NCBI RefSeq assembly: GCF_000485595.1
Contig: NW_014577066.1
Coordinates: forward strand, 569,301 to 589,300
Direction: 5' to 3'
DNA: 20,000 nucleotides
From: Priapulus caudatus
Lineage: Eukaryota
A model generated the notes under the pieces. That model was not told the DNA's origin. It saw only the letters and a list, made by a program, of their open reading frames with translations, and made no database searches. A program made the translations under genes and the position numbers. Positions 1 to 9,959 of this stretch are shown here, piece by piece (within the stretch, counting starts at the first letter, position 1; every line of letters begins with the position of its first letter).

Positions 1-450
1 AGGGGTTGGAGCAACAAAAACAAAATTGAAAATGATTAATATTAATAATTATGGATTAAAGAATTATAATATGACGTCAATGTCCTATGAGGATTCTTGT
101 TTTGTCGATCATGATAGATTTAAACGATTACTTTAAAAATAAGCACACTAATGACGGGTGTGACTTGTGTAGTGGGGAAGAAAAGGAAGACTTGTTACAT
201 CTATATAATGGCCTTGAATATGGGGATATAAATAAAAGGGAGTCCATTAAAGACTGGAAATGTGACGATCCCAAGTTACTTAAAATTGCTTCCGACCACG
301 TGAGGAAATTACTAAAATATAGGGATTAGAGAATAAGATTAGCAGAATTAAATGCTGGATGTACAAATTAATGAAAATGATGAGATGAAAGTTTACATTC
401 TCAGAATATCCTCGCACCTTCACCAGAAGTGATGCCTTGTGAAATACAAG
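1..450 (+). mobile_element. Probable decayed 3' end of a non-LTR retrotransposon (LINE ORF2 C-terminus and 3' UTR)
   Basis: ORF 87..329 has MIDLNDYFKNK...CDLC...EDLLHL, resembling the C-terminal Cys/His knuckle region of invertebrate LINE ORF2 proteins. The upstream frame is broken and the boundaries are approximate. Confidence 0.45.
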
Positions 451-464
451 AGTGGGACCATGTA

Positions 465-486
465 CGATACGATACGATACGATACA
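465..486. repeat. (GATAC)n microsatellite
   Basis: cgatacgatacgatacgataca. Confidence 0.8.
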
Positions 487-667
487 ACCCAATATCGATA
501 CTGTACTATACGACAGTGCTACAGTCTGGCGGATAAATTGACGAATTTCAAAGATTGGCTTTTCGCAGCGCCTATGAGACTAGCGGAAAAAACATTTTTA
601 CGATGCATTTACAACTAGCAGTGCAGTAACTGGCTTGTTCTTGCTAAAGTTATTCATAAATACCGCT

Positions 668-845
668 ATGATGATTCTCGATCACTTTGAAGAGCTGATA
701 GAAGCGTTTAGAGGAAGTTTCCCCGTACATTTATTGGTTTTCATTTCGCTGTTTATTATCATTTCGCCCGCCAGCCCTGTGCACGCTGCTCACGAGTTCG
801 CCGTGTACCGCATGCAACAGTATGATCTTCAGGGTAGACCCTATG
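668..845 (+). CDS. NCLN: NCLN coding exon 1 (signal peptide + AHEFAVYRMQQYDL)
   Basis: ATG at 668 (a second ATG at 671), hydrophobic leader, donor G|gtaagc at 846 (phase 1). Confidence 0.93.
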
Positions 846-3800
846 GTAAGCACTCATTCGTATAGGCCTACACAGGTTCGTAGTACCTCATCCACAATTT
901 AAAAATTCGAAAAGCCTTAAAAAAACGGTTTTTTAGTGAGGGTGCTTCGGTTTGCCCTTGTTCTAGATCAGGGGTTCCAACCTTTTGACTCCCGTACGCC
1001 CTACCCCTATTTTTTACGCTGTGGCTATATGCCCGGCAGCCGGGCACGGTCTTCGTTTTCCTAAATGCCGGCAGTTCTTACCCTAACTCTAATCTTAACC
1101 CTAAACCTAACAAAAACCCTAACTCTAGCCCTAAACCTAACCCTAACCCTAACCCTAATCCTAAATCTAACCCTAACCCTTGTTTACTTGAGATAACGCT
1201 AAAAATTAAAACTGCCGGGCATTTAGGAAATCGAAGACCGTGCCCGGCAGCCGTCAGATATACGCCGGCTGCCGGGCATATAGCCACTGTGTATTTTTTA
1301 CGCTATCTCCTCGTACCCCTTCGCCCACCATAAGCAAAATGAAGAACCAACACTGATGTGGTGTCATGAATATTTTGACATCGTGTTTATGTTTTATTAA
1401 CGCAATGCACTCGCACGGCGTCGAGTGACTGTAAATTTCCACACTCAACTCGCATTGTTCTTGATTGTTTGCTTGGACACAGAGCGTCATTGAAGAGAGC
1501 GTTCACACGACGTTTGATCGATCAGTTCTTGGACATGCCTCTCTATTGGACATGCCTTATGCGAGCTGCGAGCTGAGAAAAAAATCCAACGCGTCCAAGC
1601 GAACAATCAAGCGAACAATGCGAATTGAGTGTGGAGATTTACACAGCCACTCACACACGCTGTTCAATCTTTCACACGTGGAAGAAAATATCAAACACGT
1701 TACACGTGTGATATTTTCCACACGACGCAGATCGAGGGATTTTGCATGCGCACACGCTGTGGAACTCACGTGGACGATGGCGCAGCAAGTTCCACAGCGT
1801 GTGGGGCGGGCTTTACACGATTTTTGTGGACTGGGGACTAGACCTCGACCGAAAACCATGACTTGTTGGCACTGTTGACAGAGATGCCTGAATCACCCGC
1901 TTATTATTATATAGCACTACTTTTTTAAATTGTCTAAGAGGCTTCCCAGGTACCCCCTGTGTTGTTCGCTGGTACCCCCATGGCGTACTAGTACCCCTGG
2001 TTGGGAACCAGGGTTCTAGATGATTATCATGGCCAGGTGAAGATTGGCATTCCTTCTTGCTTGATGAAGGCTGAAGCCTGTTCTATGCACTCAATCATCT
2101 GAGCGTGATCATTCAATACATTGCTTTCGACATGTACCATTTAAGGATACTTTTACGTTTACGGTTTAGCTTCTTTGTTTCTGTCTTTCCGTATTGAAAT
2201 TCTCTCCCTTCGACTTTAGTAAATTGCAAATTTGCGGCTTTTTCCACTGCGATCTGCAGTGTTGATCTGTCGATTTGTCTCTCCGTCTTCGTTATAGTCC
2301 CTTGGACTTTTGAAGAATATTCTTTATGAGGTATGAGGTTATTCCCTCATATCAATATCATGCTGGGCAGGTTCCAGAGAATAGCCCAGAACTAGTAGTA
2401 GTAGGCTGGTTAGAGTTAATGGTAGCCTAGTAGCCAGATTCAATAATTAAGATCTGTTACACTCAACATCAGAGACTACAGTGGGTAGTAGGAGTCTATT
2501 TGCTCATTGATTTAGCAATACTAATATTATTATTATTAGTTTTTACTCTCTGGCATTGGTATAGTCTCTTGGATTTTGAAGACCAATTCTAACGATCTGA
2601 GGAGGCAATGCTGTCTAGCTAATTCAGACACTGTGGCAGCAACATTCAACAACTCTAATGATGTAATGTTGTAATATGTGAATTTTTTAGGCTGTAGGAA
2701 TGCACTAGTCAATGTAGAGGCACGAAGCATCGACGCAAAGTCCATAACACGGCGGTGTCTTGTGACATCGCTACAGGACTTTGCTGCAGACAAGTACAAG
2801 TATGCTCAGGAGCAAAATGCTGCAGGCCTTCTTGTTCTCCTGCCACAGAATCTGTCGTCTCTGTCATCAGAGGAGCAAGATGTGCGTTAATTATTCACAT
2901 TTCAAGAGAACAATAGTCTATCTCTAATGCTGTGTTTAAAAGACGTTATAAACAAATTACTGTATCTGGAAACATTTCATTATCATGGGATTGGCGTACT
3001 GTGTCAATGTAATATGATGATAAGATGTATTACATTCATGCTAAATATCCATTTTAATATTCCCAACAAATGCAATCAGTAATTTCTTTATCATTTAATC
3101 AGGGAGGGTTTTACCCACACAATATATATATGTCAAATAAAATTGTTTGACGAGTGCAGTAATGCTTCAGTGGATTCATAGTGTTCTCATTAGAAATGTT
3201 GTTATTTCTAACCACATAGTGATGACCACCAACTACTATTACAGCGCCTGCTTCAGCTAGAGCAAGACTTAATGGATGAAGAAACCAGCATGCCTGTCTA
3301 TTTCACCACAGTCACTGACGAGCTGTCAGATATGTTCAGCGACCTCAAGCGTGGTGCGGGACACGGCAGACAGGCGACTGCTGTCGAGGGTACGGTATCT
3401 ATTGGGAAAAACGTATATTTGTTGTACAAGTGTAACTCTGATGTCATAGAGATGTTTATGTTTCTTCATGTCATAAAAATGGTGGGGTGTGTTGCAGGGG
3501 AAAAATTGAATTTCTTTCACGGGAGCTCTTTTTCAAAAGTCTGGAAAAAATAGCTCTTGTCAAAAATATTACGGGAGCTATTTTGAGCCTCACGGGAGCG
3601 ATTTCGGAGGTTTGAAGAGCGAATCGCTTATCGCTCCCGTGTATTTTTTACCCTGGTGTGTTGCTCTATCCCATAGAGATGCTGAGGCATGTTGCTCTGT
3701 TTTATAGAGATGCTGAGTGCTGTGACAGGAAATGGCTTTCAGCTTGTATTCAGTGGGCAGCAGGCAAAAGCACAACCTGACTTTCAAGTGTTTAACATAC

Positions 3801-3903
3801 AGGTACATATATACATGATGTATTATCCTTCATCTCGAATCTGTTCGTTGAATAGGCTGCGACACACAAATGTGTTAAACCAATGAAAAATTTCCCTCAA
3901 TTC

Positions 3904-3952
<49 letters not shown>

Positions 3953-6900
3953 AGCTGTTCCATCTCTAAAATTGTCATATCATTGGACAAGGTTATCTAT
4001 TAATATGTGTTACTTGGCAGGGAAAGTTGTCTGGCCTTGGAATAGAGGAAAGGCTGCCTACCATTGCTATAATAGCTCATTATGATTCGTATGGAGTAGC
4101 GCCAGTAAGTGTCGCGTCTTTCTTTTCACTAATGTGTCTGTTACATTTGTCTACATTTTGAGATAGGTACTAGTCTATAACAATTTGTGTTACGTAACTA
4201 CGTGCACTTGCTTTGTGGGAGCGTTTGAGAATTCCATTTTTGCAAATCTCAAGGTAGCAGGCACATGTTCGCTATTCACTTACTATTTTACAACAAACTT
4301 GTAGTAATTTTTTATGCTGAAGTAATCAGCATTCAGTAGTCATGTGGGGGTCGACTCGAAAGCCTAGTGCTACTTTGACCCTGACAGCACTCATTTGTTA
4401 GTAAGTTCACTATTCTTTTTTATTTATACTCTCACGTTATACGTAACCTATCATACACTTGCTGTTGTAACTAAGTTATGTGCTAATTAAAGAAACTGGA
4501 TCAGCAATATTAAACAGCCTGAATGTAGTGTATTTGCTTGTGGAATACAGGGGCTAGCTACTGGTGTGGACTCTAATGGAAGTGGTGTTATAGCCTTGCT
4601 AGAAATTGCCAGGCTATTTGGCAGGTTTTATGCCAATGCGAAGACACATGCCAAGTAAGTTGAAATTAATGCATTAGATTAGATAAGATTAATGATAAGA
4701 ACGCGAGCATGCAATTAAAATGTCTTTAGTATTTTTTTGTTTGGAAGCATGTACATGTAATTTATTATGCAACTGAAATTTATATAAAATTGTACCATGT
4801 AATGACATATATCACATAAGATCATATTTATTCACTTTTGTATTTGCAGATATAATCTGCTGTTCCTGCTATCTGGGGCAGGCAAATTCAACTACCAGGG
4901 AACAAAGCACTGGATTGAAGAGCACATTGACACTGGTGCCACAGGTATGTTAAAAATAATATTTCAGAGAGATGATGGTAAAATGTGTCCTCGATTTATT
5001 GTAATTCTTGTTTCTTCACACTCGACTTACACACAGGGGTTAACTCTGTTAATGGAAATGTTGAATCCACAAAAAGCATTATTTGGCATGGATGTTAGGG
5101 TTAAATTTACTTATAGTGATATGTTAGAAACAGACAGTGCTCTTGAGTGATAAAGAAGAACCTGGAAACTTTCCTGGAACCTGGAAAAAATTTTCAGACA
5201 GCTTTGTTATTTAAAACTGGCTTACATATTAGCCACTCTTTGCAAAATTTTAAAGGTTTCAATTCACTTGGAACAGCATGTTAACAATAGCATTACTTTT
5301 ACCAAAATCATAGAGAGAAAAAAAGTGAATACAAACATGGATGCGCACTAATTATCGTCAGCACTCCATCATACTGATGAGGGTAGCTTCTCCGGTGCAA
5401 AGCAGTAACTGCATTTAATTACCAGAAATCATGTTATACGGTTAACGTCTGTGTACGCACACTTGCAAACACATGGTATACAATGAGCAGAATAAATGCA
5501 CAGTAGCAATTGCTCATCAACGTGACCCGTGAGGATGAAGTTTGCATGTGGTAATGTTTCCTTCCTGTGCTTTGCTTCTGGCCTCGTGCTTTAATCTCTG
5601 TGATGGCGTGATTGCTTGTGTCTGCAGAGGAGGCTACGCTTCTGTCTGACATTTCGTATGCACTCTGCCTCGACACCATCGGCAGCGGCGCCGGTCTCTC
5701 TCTACACGTGTCCAAACCACCTAAAGAAGGCAGCCCAATAGACCTGCTGATGAAGGTACAATGGAAATGCAGATATGTGTATGATAGAGAGGTCTGTGGT
5801 ATAGACACAGATATATGTATGATAGAGAGGTCTGTGATATAGGCACATATATGGATATGATAGAGAGGTCTGTGATATAGGCATACATATAGGTATGATA
5901 GAGAGGTTAGATGTTATATGCACAGATATAGGTATGATAGAGAGGTTAGATGTTATATGCACAGATATAGGTATGATAGAGAGGTTAGATGTTATATGCA
6001 CAGATATAGGTATGATAGAGAGGTCTGTGATATAGGTATGATATATAGGTTTGTGATGTAGGTGCAGATATAGGTATGATAGAAAGGTCTATGTTATAGC
6101 CACACACTACAGGGTTCCCCCTAAAAATTTCAAAGTCAAATCGTTCATGCATGGATGGGGAGGGCCTGGGAAGGGGTTGTATCAATTGGAGTCAGTTATG
6201 CATATCATAAGTGGCCCAAATATACAGGTAAACCCAATCAGTTTAGTATAGTAATAGTAAACCCAACACAGCATGACAGGTAGATTATCAAAAGTATACA
6301 CTGCTAAAAAATCAAGGCATGTCTATTAGGTAATTAGGAATGCTGGTTAATTTATGTGATGTTGCAAATTAGGCTCAGCTTTGAAGGTATCTGTTGGACA
6401 TGACGTGCGCTAAACGTCTAGGGAGAACCCCAGGTATGTGAGAGAAGTCTGTGATATGGGCAATGATAGTGGTATGATATAGGTGTGTACGTATGATGAT
6501 AGTTATCATATATACCATCAGTATTTAAACTTGGACCCTCGTGTGCTTCTTGGGTCGTTTCACAGAGCCTGCAGGACTTGATGCAGCGCCACGCCCCGAC
6601 AAAGCAGATCAGTCTCGTTCACAAGAAGATTAACCTCGCCGACGAGTTTCTCGCGTGGGAGCACGAGCGCTTCAGCATCCGCCGTCTGCCCGCGATGACG
6701 CTCTCCAGCCTCCAGCGCCATGACGACCCACGCAGGAGCACGATCCTCGACACGAGGTGCGGAGAGGGGCCTGCATGACGGGAGGGCGGGCAGGTTAACC
6801 TGCGCTTGTGGGGATGGGGGAATGTAGCTATCCGAGGGTAACGACAGCCAGGAAGGTTTGTTTTTGCGTGGGGGTTTACATGTGAAATAGGATGGACAGC

Positions 6901-9421
6901 ATTGTGTGTAAACTCTCTAGGTATGGTGGTGGGTATTTAGTAGTGATGGGTATCGGCAAAATTTTTGTATCGCGATATATCGCGATACGGCATAACCGTA
7001 TCGTGATACGTATTGCGATATATTATTACTCATTGAGTAATCGGAGTCATCTTTACCTGTTGCTGATATCATGAAAAACAGTGTCAAACGTTCAGAGTCA
7101 GACTGAGCTTTAATAATACTCAACACAACAATTCAAACAAGCAGGCTATCTTATTGTGTGTGTGTGTGTGTGCGTGTGCGTGTGCATGTGCGCGCGTGTG
7201 TGTGTGTGTGTGCAACTTGCAACTGTGCATGCGAGTGTTTGTACATAAGCGGGGACGGGTGCATGTGTGTGTAGTGTATATATATCTGTGTTCACTTTTC
7301 TGCGAATTTGAGCGGTATTTCACAAAGAATGAATGGACAACACAGGCTGTATCATTCAAATTACGGATATTTCCGACCATTAAACTGTGGAAATTGCTGA
7401 CAGTATCCCGCACCGCTGCGGGGGGCGCTGGGGGGAATCGGTACGGCGAGAATGTATCGCGATACGTATTATTTTGAGTTTGTACCGCGATATACCGGTA
7501 TACCGATAATACCGCACACCACTAGTATTTAGGTGAATGTCTGTTTTTAGAGTTAGACGCACTGTTGTGCTTATAAATTTTGCGCATAGTGGTGAGTGCT
7601 AGGAAATGTAGCGCATCGAGTGTAATCAATGATATTGGCTGGTTGTTGTTATTGTTGTTGTTGTTGTTATTGTCCTCGTAGATATTGCTGTTGTTGTTGT
7701 TGTTGTTGTTGTCATCATAGTCGTTATCATCGTCGTTGAAGTTATTATTTTTGTCGTTGTTGTTGTTGTTGTTGTTGCTGCTGCTTGGCTGCTCGTGACG
7801 TAACGTATCCTTGATGCATCCTGATGTTTGCAGAGACGGGGCGTCAGTGTCACTGCTGGCCGACAACATCAGGATGATCGTCGAATCGCTTGCACGGCAC
7901 ATCTACGGCAAGACGAACGACTCCGCCCCACTGGAGGTATTCAGCGAAGATCAAGTAAGTCCGCGCCAAGCATGTCCGAGCCGTGCATGCCTGCATCATA
8001 CGTTTGCCTCACGCACACCCTCGCCACCCACGTACACACGCCGCACGCATGCCCGCAGGCGGCAGCACGCACGCCTGCCCCTCACCCACCTGCATCAAGC
8101 ACGCCCGCGCCGCGCCCGCCAGAGCTATGACTGCTCATTACTTTGCAGGGCCAATCACGCACGCACGTCGCTTTGCAGGGTCAGTCACGCAACCCTGCGC
8201 CATGCACGACCGTCGCTTACAGGGCCAGGCACGCTGCATAAGTGGGGGGGTGCATGGGCATGACGACGATCGGGAGCCAAAGTTTTGCTTGTGAGGCGAT
8301 TGTTCTTGTGACTCGCAACTCGATCGAGGAGCGTTCAATTCGCGTGCGCGGGTCATACGTCACGTTCACACAGATGAGAGTTGTTGGTGAAATACCATGG
8401 GTTATGCCGGCCGTCTGTTCGTCTATTGTGTGTTCAGAGGCTCCCCGTTCTTGTGTTATTACTACTGTCACTGCAACATACTTCTGTTCGTCTGAAAGGT
8501 GACTACAGGTGGCACTACCGTGGTGGTTGCTAATACTGGTAGGCGTTTGAGTATTATTTTTTTGTGGGCGATCATCGCACCTTGTATGAGTAGAGGTATA
8601 AGATATGAAGCTTCATGCAATTCAACAGGGTAATTGTGACGGTTATGAAATACTTGTTGCAGAACATTGAGATGAGTGTTAAAGGATGGCTGGAATTTCT
8701 GTCGTCAAAACCTAGAGCCCAGCAACTAATAACAAAAGACCATCCGATACTGACAAGTCTTTTAGCTGCAATGTCTAGACATCTTAGCGATGTTCAACTA
8801 ATACCATTCACTGCTGAAAAACGGTAAGCTGAAAGAGGAAAATGCTTTATCAAATGATTGTTAAAACATTTTAGAAATTAGTGTATATAATACTTGAGAT
8901 TACTAAGTTGACTTTGTGTGAAAACGGTGTCTTAGTCATATAAGAGTCGCTACCTTGACTAATTTATTTCATGTTTTTCTCTATTCTATAGTAACTATGG
9001 TAGAATAAATGTTTGTAGTTTTCCTAACAATGGATTGGAATTTTTTTGAAACCTAATATATTGTGTGATGTTACCTTTTGTGTTTCAGCGATCCAGAATT
9101 TGTATTCTACAGTGGAATATCAGGAGTAATGGCATCCTACAGGTACGAACCTATCTACAGAGAGACAGACATAGACAATGAACGAGAGAGTAAGAGTAAG
9201 AGAGAGAGAGAGAGAGAGAGAGANNNNNNNNNNNNNNNNNNNNNNNNNNNNNNNNNNNNNNNNNNNNNNNNNNNNNNNNNNNNNNNNNNNNNNNNNNNNN
9301 NNNNNNNNNNNNNNNNNNNNNNNNNNNNNNNNNNNNNNNNNNNNNNNNNNNNNNNNNNNNNNNNNNNNNNNNNNNNNNNNNNNNNNNNNNNNNNNNNNNN
9401 NNNNNNNNNNNNNNNNNNNNN

Positions 9422-9499
<78 letters not shown>

Positions 9500-9959
9500 G
9501 TTTAGATACAAGGTTTATGTTTAAAACAAATTACTGAACATTACTATATTATTTGCATGTTATTTTCAGTGTGAAGCCTGCTCTGTTTGATCTGTTCCTT
9601 GCTCTATGCATTGCTGCCTACCTAGCAGTTATCTACCTGCTCATCTCAGTAAGTGTAACAAGCTAATACATATTTTCACACACGCAAAATCGTGCAATTC
9701 AAGTAACCCAATATGTGAAAACGAAAATGTATAGTTCTATTTTTATTTTTTCCCCATACTATAATCACTTTATGGGGGGGGGGGAACTAGTTTGGTAACC
9801 AGTTTAAGCGATTACAAACTGCCACGCAAAATAGTGGTTGTCTCATATTTTTGCGTTACCTGATGCGTTCTCTCTGCCCTGGTGCATTTCCAGAACTTTG
9901 GCATGGTTCAGGCAGGCTTGAGGAAGGTTCTAGGTCCGGCTAAGCTGAAGCGGACGTGA
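668..9959 (+). CDS. NCLN: Nicalin (ER membrane pseudo-aminopeptidase of the NCLN-NOMO-TMEM147/BOS complex); spliced CDS join(668..845,2691..2881,3245..3389,3708..3802,4021..4104,4551..4654,4850..4944,5628..5755,6566..6756,7834..7954,8663..8823,9089..9142,9570..9648,9894..9959), 563 aa
   Basis: Manually spliced: all 13 introns are GT..AG with matching phases; total 1692 nt ending in TGA. Recognised nicalin motifs: AAHEFAVYRMQQYDLQG, PTIAIIAHYDSYGVAP, GVDSNGSGV, GKFNYQGTKHW, VHKKINLA..LAWEHERFSIRRLPA, RDPEFVFY, VKPALFDL, then a TM helix and C-terminal KLKRT. Confidence 0.97.
1017..1291. mobile_element. Foldback MITE with a (CCCTAA)n core, nested in the hAT element; 9-bp TSD (Mutator-like)
   Basis: Perfect 23-bp IR at 1021-1043 / 1265-1287 plus a second IR pair at ~1044-1077 / ~1209-1243; TATTTTTTA direct repeat at 1008-1016 and 1292-1300. 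Confidence 0.82.
1080..1180. repeat. Degenerate interstitial telomeric-like repeat (CCCTAA)n / (TTAGGG)n
   Basis: About 16 degenerate hexamers: ccctaa / cctaaa / tctaa variants. Confidence 0.85.
2691..2881 (+). CDS. NCLN: NCLN exon 2
   Basis: ttttttag|GC; (G)CRNALVNVEAR...AAGLLVLLP; donor GAT|gtgcgt. Confidence 0.93.
3245..3389 (+). CDS. NCLN: NCLN exon 3
   Basis: ttacag|CGC; RLLQLEQDLMDEETSMPVYF...ATAVE; donor G|gtacgg. Confidence 0.9.
3495..3655. mobile_element. hAT-type MITE (161 bp) in NCLN intron 3
   Basis: TIRs CAGGGGAAAAA / TTTTTACCCTG; perfect 8-bp TSD GTGTGTTG at 3487-3494 and 3656-3663; internal repeated ACGGGAGC motif. Confidence 0.85.
3708..3802 (+). CDS. NCLN: NCLN exon 4
   Basis: ttttatag|AG; EMLSAVTGNGFQLV...FNIQ; donor CAG|gtacat. 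Confidence 0.88.
3909..3952. repeat. (TA)n microsatellite
   Basis: Direct reading. Confidence 0.95.
4021..4104 (+). CDS. NCLN: NCLN exon 5
   Basis: ggcag|GGA; GKLSGLGIEERLPTIAIIAHYDSYGVAP; donor gtaagt. Not in the ORF track. Confidence 0.95.
4551..4654 (+). CDS. NCLN: NCLN exon 6
   Basis: tacag|GGG; GLATGVDSNGSGVIALLEIARLFGRFYANAKTHA; donor AA|gtaagt. Confidence 0.95.
4850..4944 (+). CDS. NCLN: NCLN exon 7
   Basis: ttgcag|A; YNLLFLLSGAGKFNYQGTKHWIEEHID; donor G|gtatgt. Confidence 0.95.
5628..5755 (+). CDS. NCLN: NCLN exon 8
   Basis: ctgcag|AG; LLSDISYALCLDTIGSGAGLSLHVSKPPKEG; donor AAG|gtacaa. Confidence 0.94.
5770..6099. repeat. ~38-40 bp minisatellite in NCLN intron 8
   Basis: Unit like CAGATATAGGTATGATAGAGAGGTTAGATGTTATATGCA, about 8 copies; degenerate continuation at ~6433-6485. 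Confidence 0.9.
6110..6432. mobile_element. Possible old hAT-like MITE interrupting the intron-8 minisatellite
   Basis: Imperfect TIRs CAGGGTTCCCCCTA / TAGGGAGAACCCCA (11/14); no TSD visible; the minisatellite resumes after it. Confidence 0.35.
6566..6756 (+). CDS. NCLN: NCLN exon 9
   Basis: ttcacag|AGC; VHKKINLADEFLAWEHERFSIRRLPAMTLS; donor AG|gtgcgg. Confidence 0.95.
6941..7524. mobile_element. hAT-type non-autonomous element in NCLN intron 9
   Basis: Ends TAGTGATGGG... / ...CACACCACTA; perfect 8-bp TSD GTATTTAG at 6933-6940 and 7525-7532; dense subterminal ATCGCGATA / TACCG motifs; internal (TG)n. Confidence 0.88.
7641..7782. repeat. (GTT)n compound trinucleotide microsatellite
   Basis: Direct reading; it explains the poly-N and poly-T ORFs on the - strand. 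Confidence 0.92.
7834..7954 (+). CDS. NCLN: NCLN exon 10
   Basis: ttgcag|A; LADNIRMIVESLARHIYG...EVFSEDQ; donor gtaagt. Confidence 0.93.
8663..8823 (+). CDS. NCLN: NCLN exon 11
   Basis: ttgcag|AAC; WLEFLSSKPRAQQL...EKR; donor CG|gtaagc. Confidence 0.93.
9089..9142 (+). CDS. NCLN: NCLN exon 12
   Basis: tttcag|C; DPEFVFYSGISGVMASY; donor AG|gtacga. Confidence 0.93.
9185..9499. repeat. (AG)n microsatellite spanning assembly gap 9224-9421
   Basis: AG repeats on both sides of the N run. Confidence 0.95.
9570..9648 (+). CDS. NCLN: NCLN exon 13 (transmembrane helix)
   Basis: ttttcag|T; VKPALFDLFLALCIAAYLAVIYLLIS; donor gtaagt. Confidence 0.94.
9894..9959 (+). CDS. NCLN: NCLN exon 14 (cytosolic tail with KxKxx ER-retrieval signal, stop)
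   Basis: ttccag|AAC; NFGMVQAGLRKVLGPAKLKRT*. Confidence 0.9.
   Translation, partial: NFGMVQAGLRKVLGPAKLKRT

Larger units (their letters stand above)
969..2013. mobile_element. Non-autonomous hAT (Charlie-like) element in NCLN intron 1
   Basis: TIRs CAGGGGTTCCAACC / GGTTGGGAACCAGGG; perfect 8-bp TSD TTCTAGAT at 961-968 and 2014-2021 (fits the NTCTAGAN preference); subterminal GTACCCC motifs. Confidence 0.88.

Noticed and set aside
1080..1180. True telomere or chromosome fusion site
   Set aside because: Short, degenerate, single orientation and enclosed by MITE TIRs within an intron.
1465..1878. 137-aa ORF inside the hAT element as a possible transposase fragment
   Set aside because: No BED finger, DDE or hATC motif recognisable; non-ATG start.
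3390..3709. Alternative exon 3/4 junction using donor 3395 and acceptor 3709 (AVEGT-ML)
   Set aside because: It is in frame, but GAG is a poor acceptor and the 3389/3708 junction matches the nicalin spacing before NGFQ as I recall it.
7522..8502. Overlapping ORFs around exon 10 (poly-N, poly-T, Arg/Ala/His-rich)
   Set aside because: They arise from (GTT)n and GC-rich low-complexity intron sequence; only 7834-7954 fits NCLN.
8500..8517. CTCF-like motif CTACAGGTGGCACT (and GGGGGCGCTG at ~7421)
   Set aside because: Partial short matches expected by chance; cannot be supported from sequence alone.
9078..9537. ER/SL-repeat ORFs
   Set aside because: (AG)n microsatellite plus N gap; only 9089-9142 is coding.
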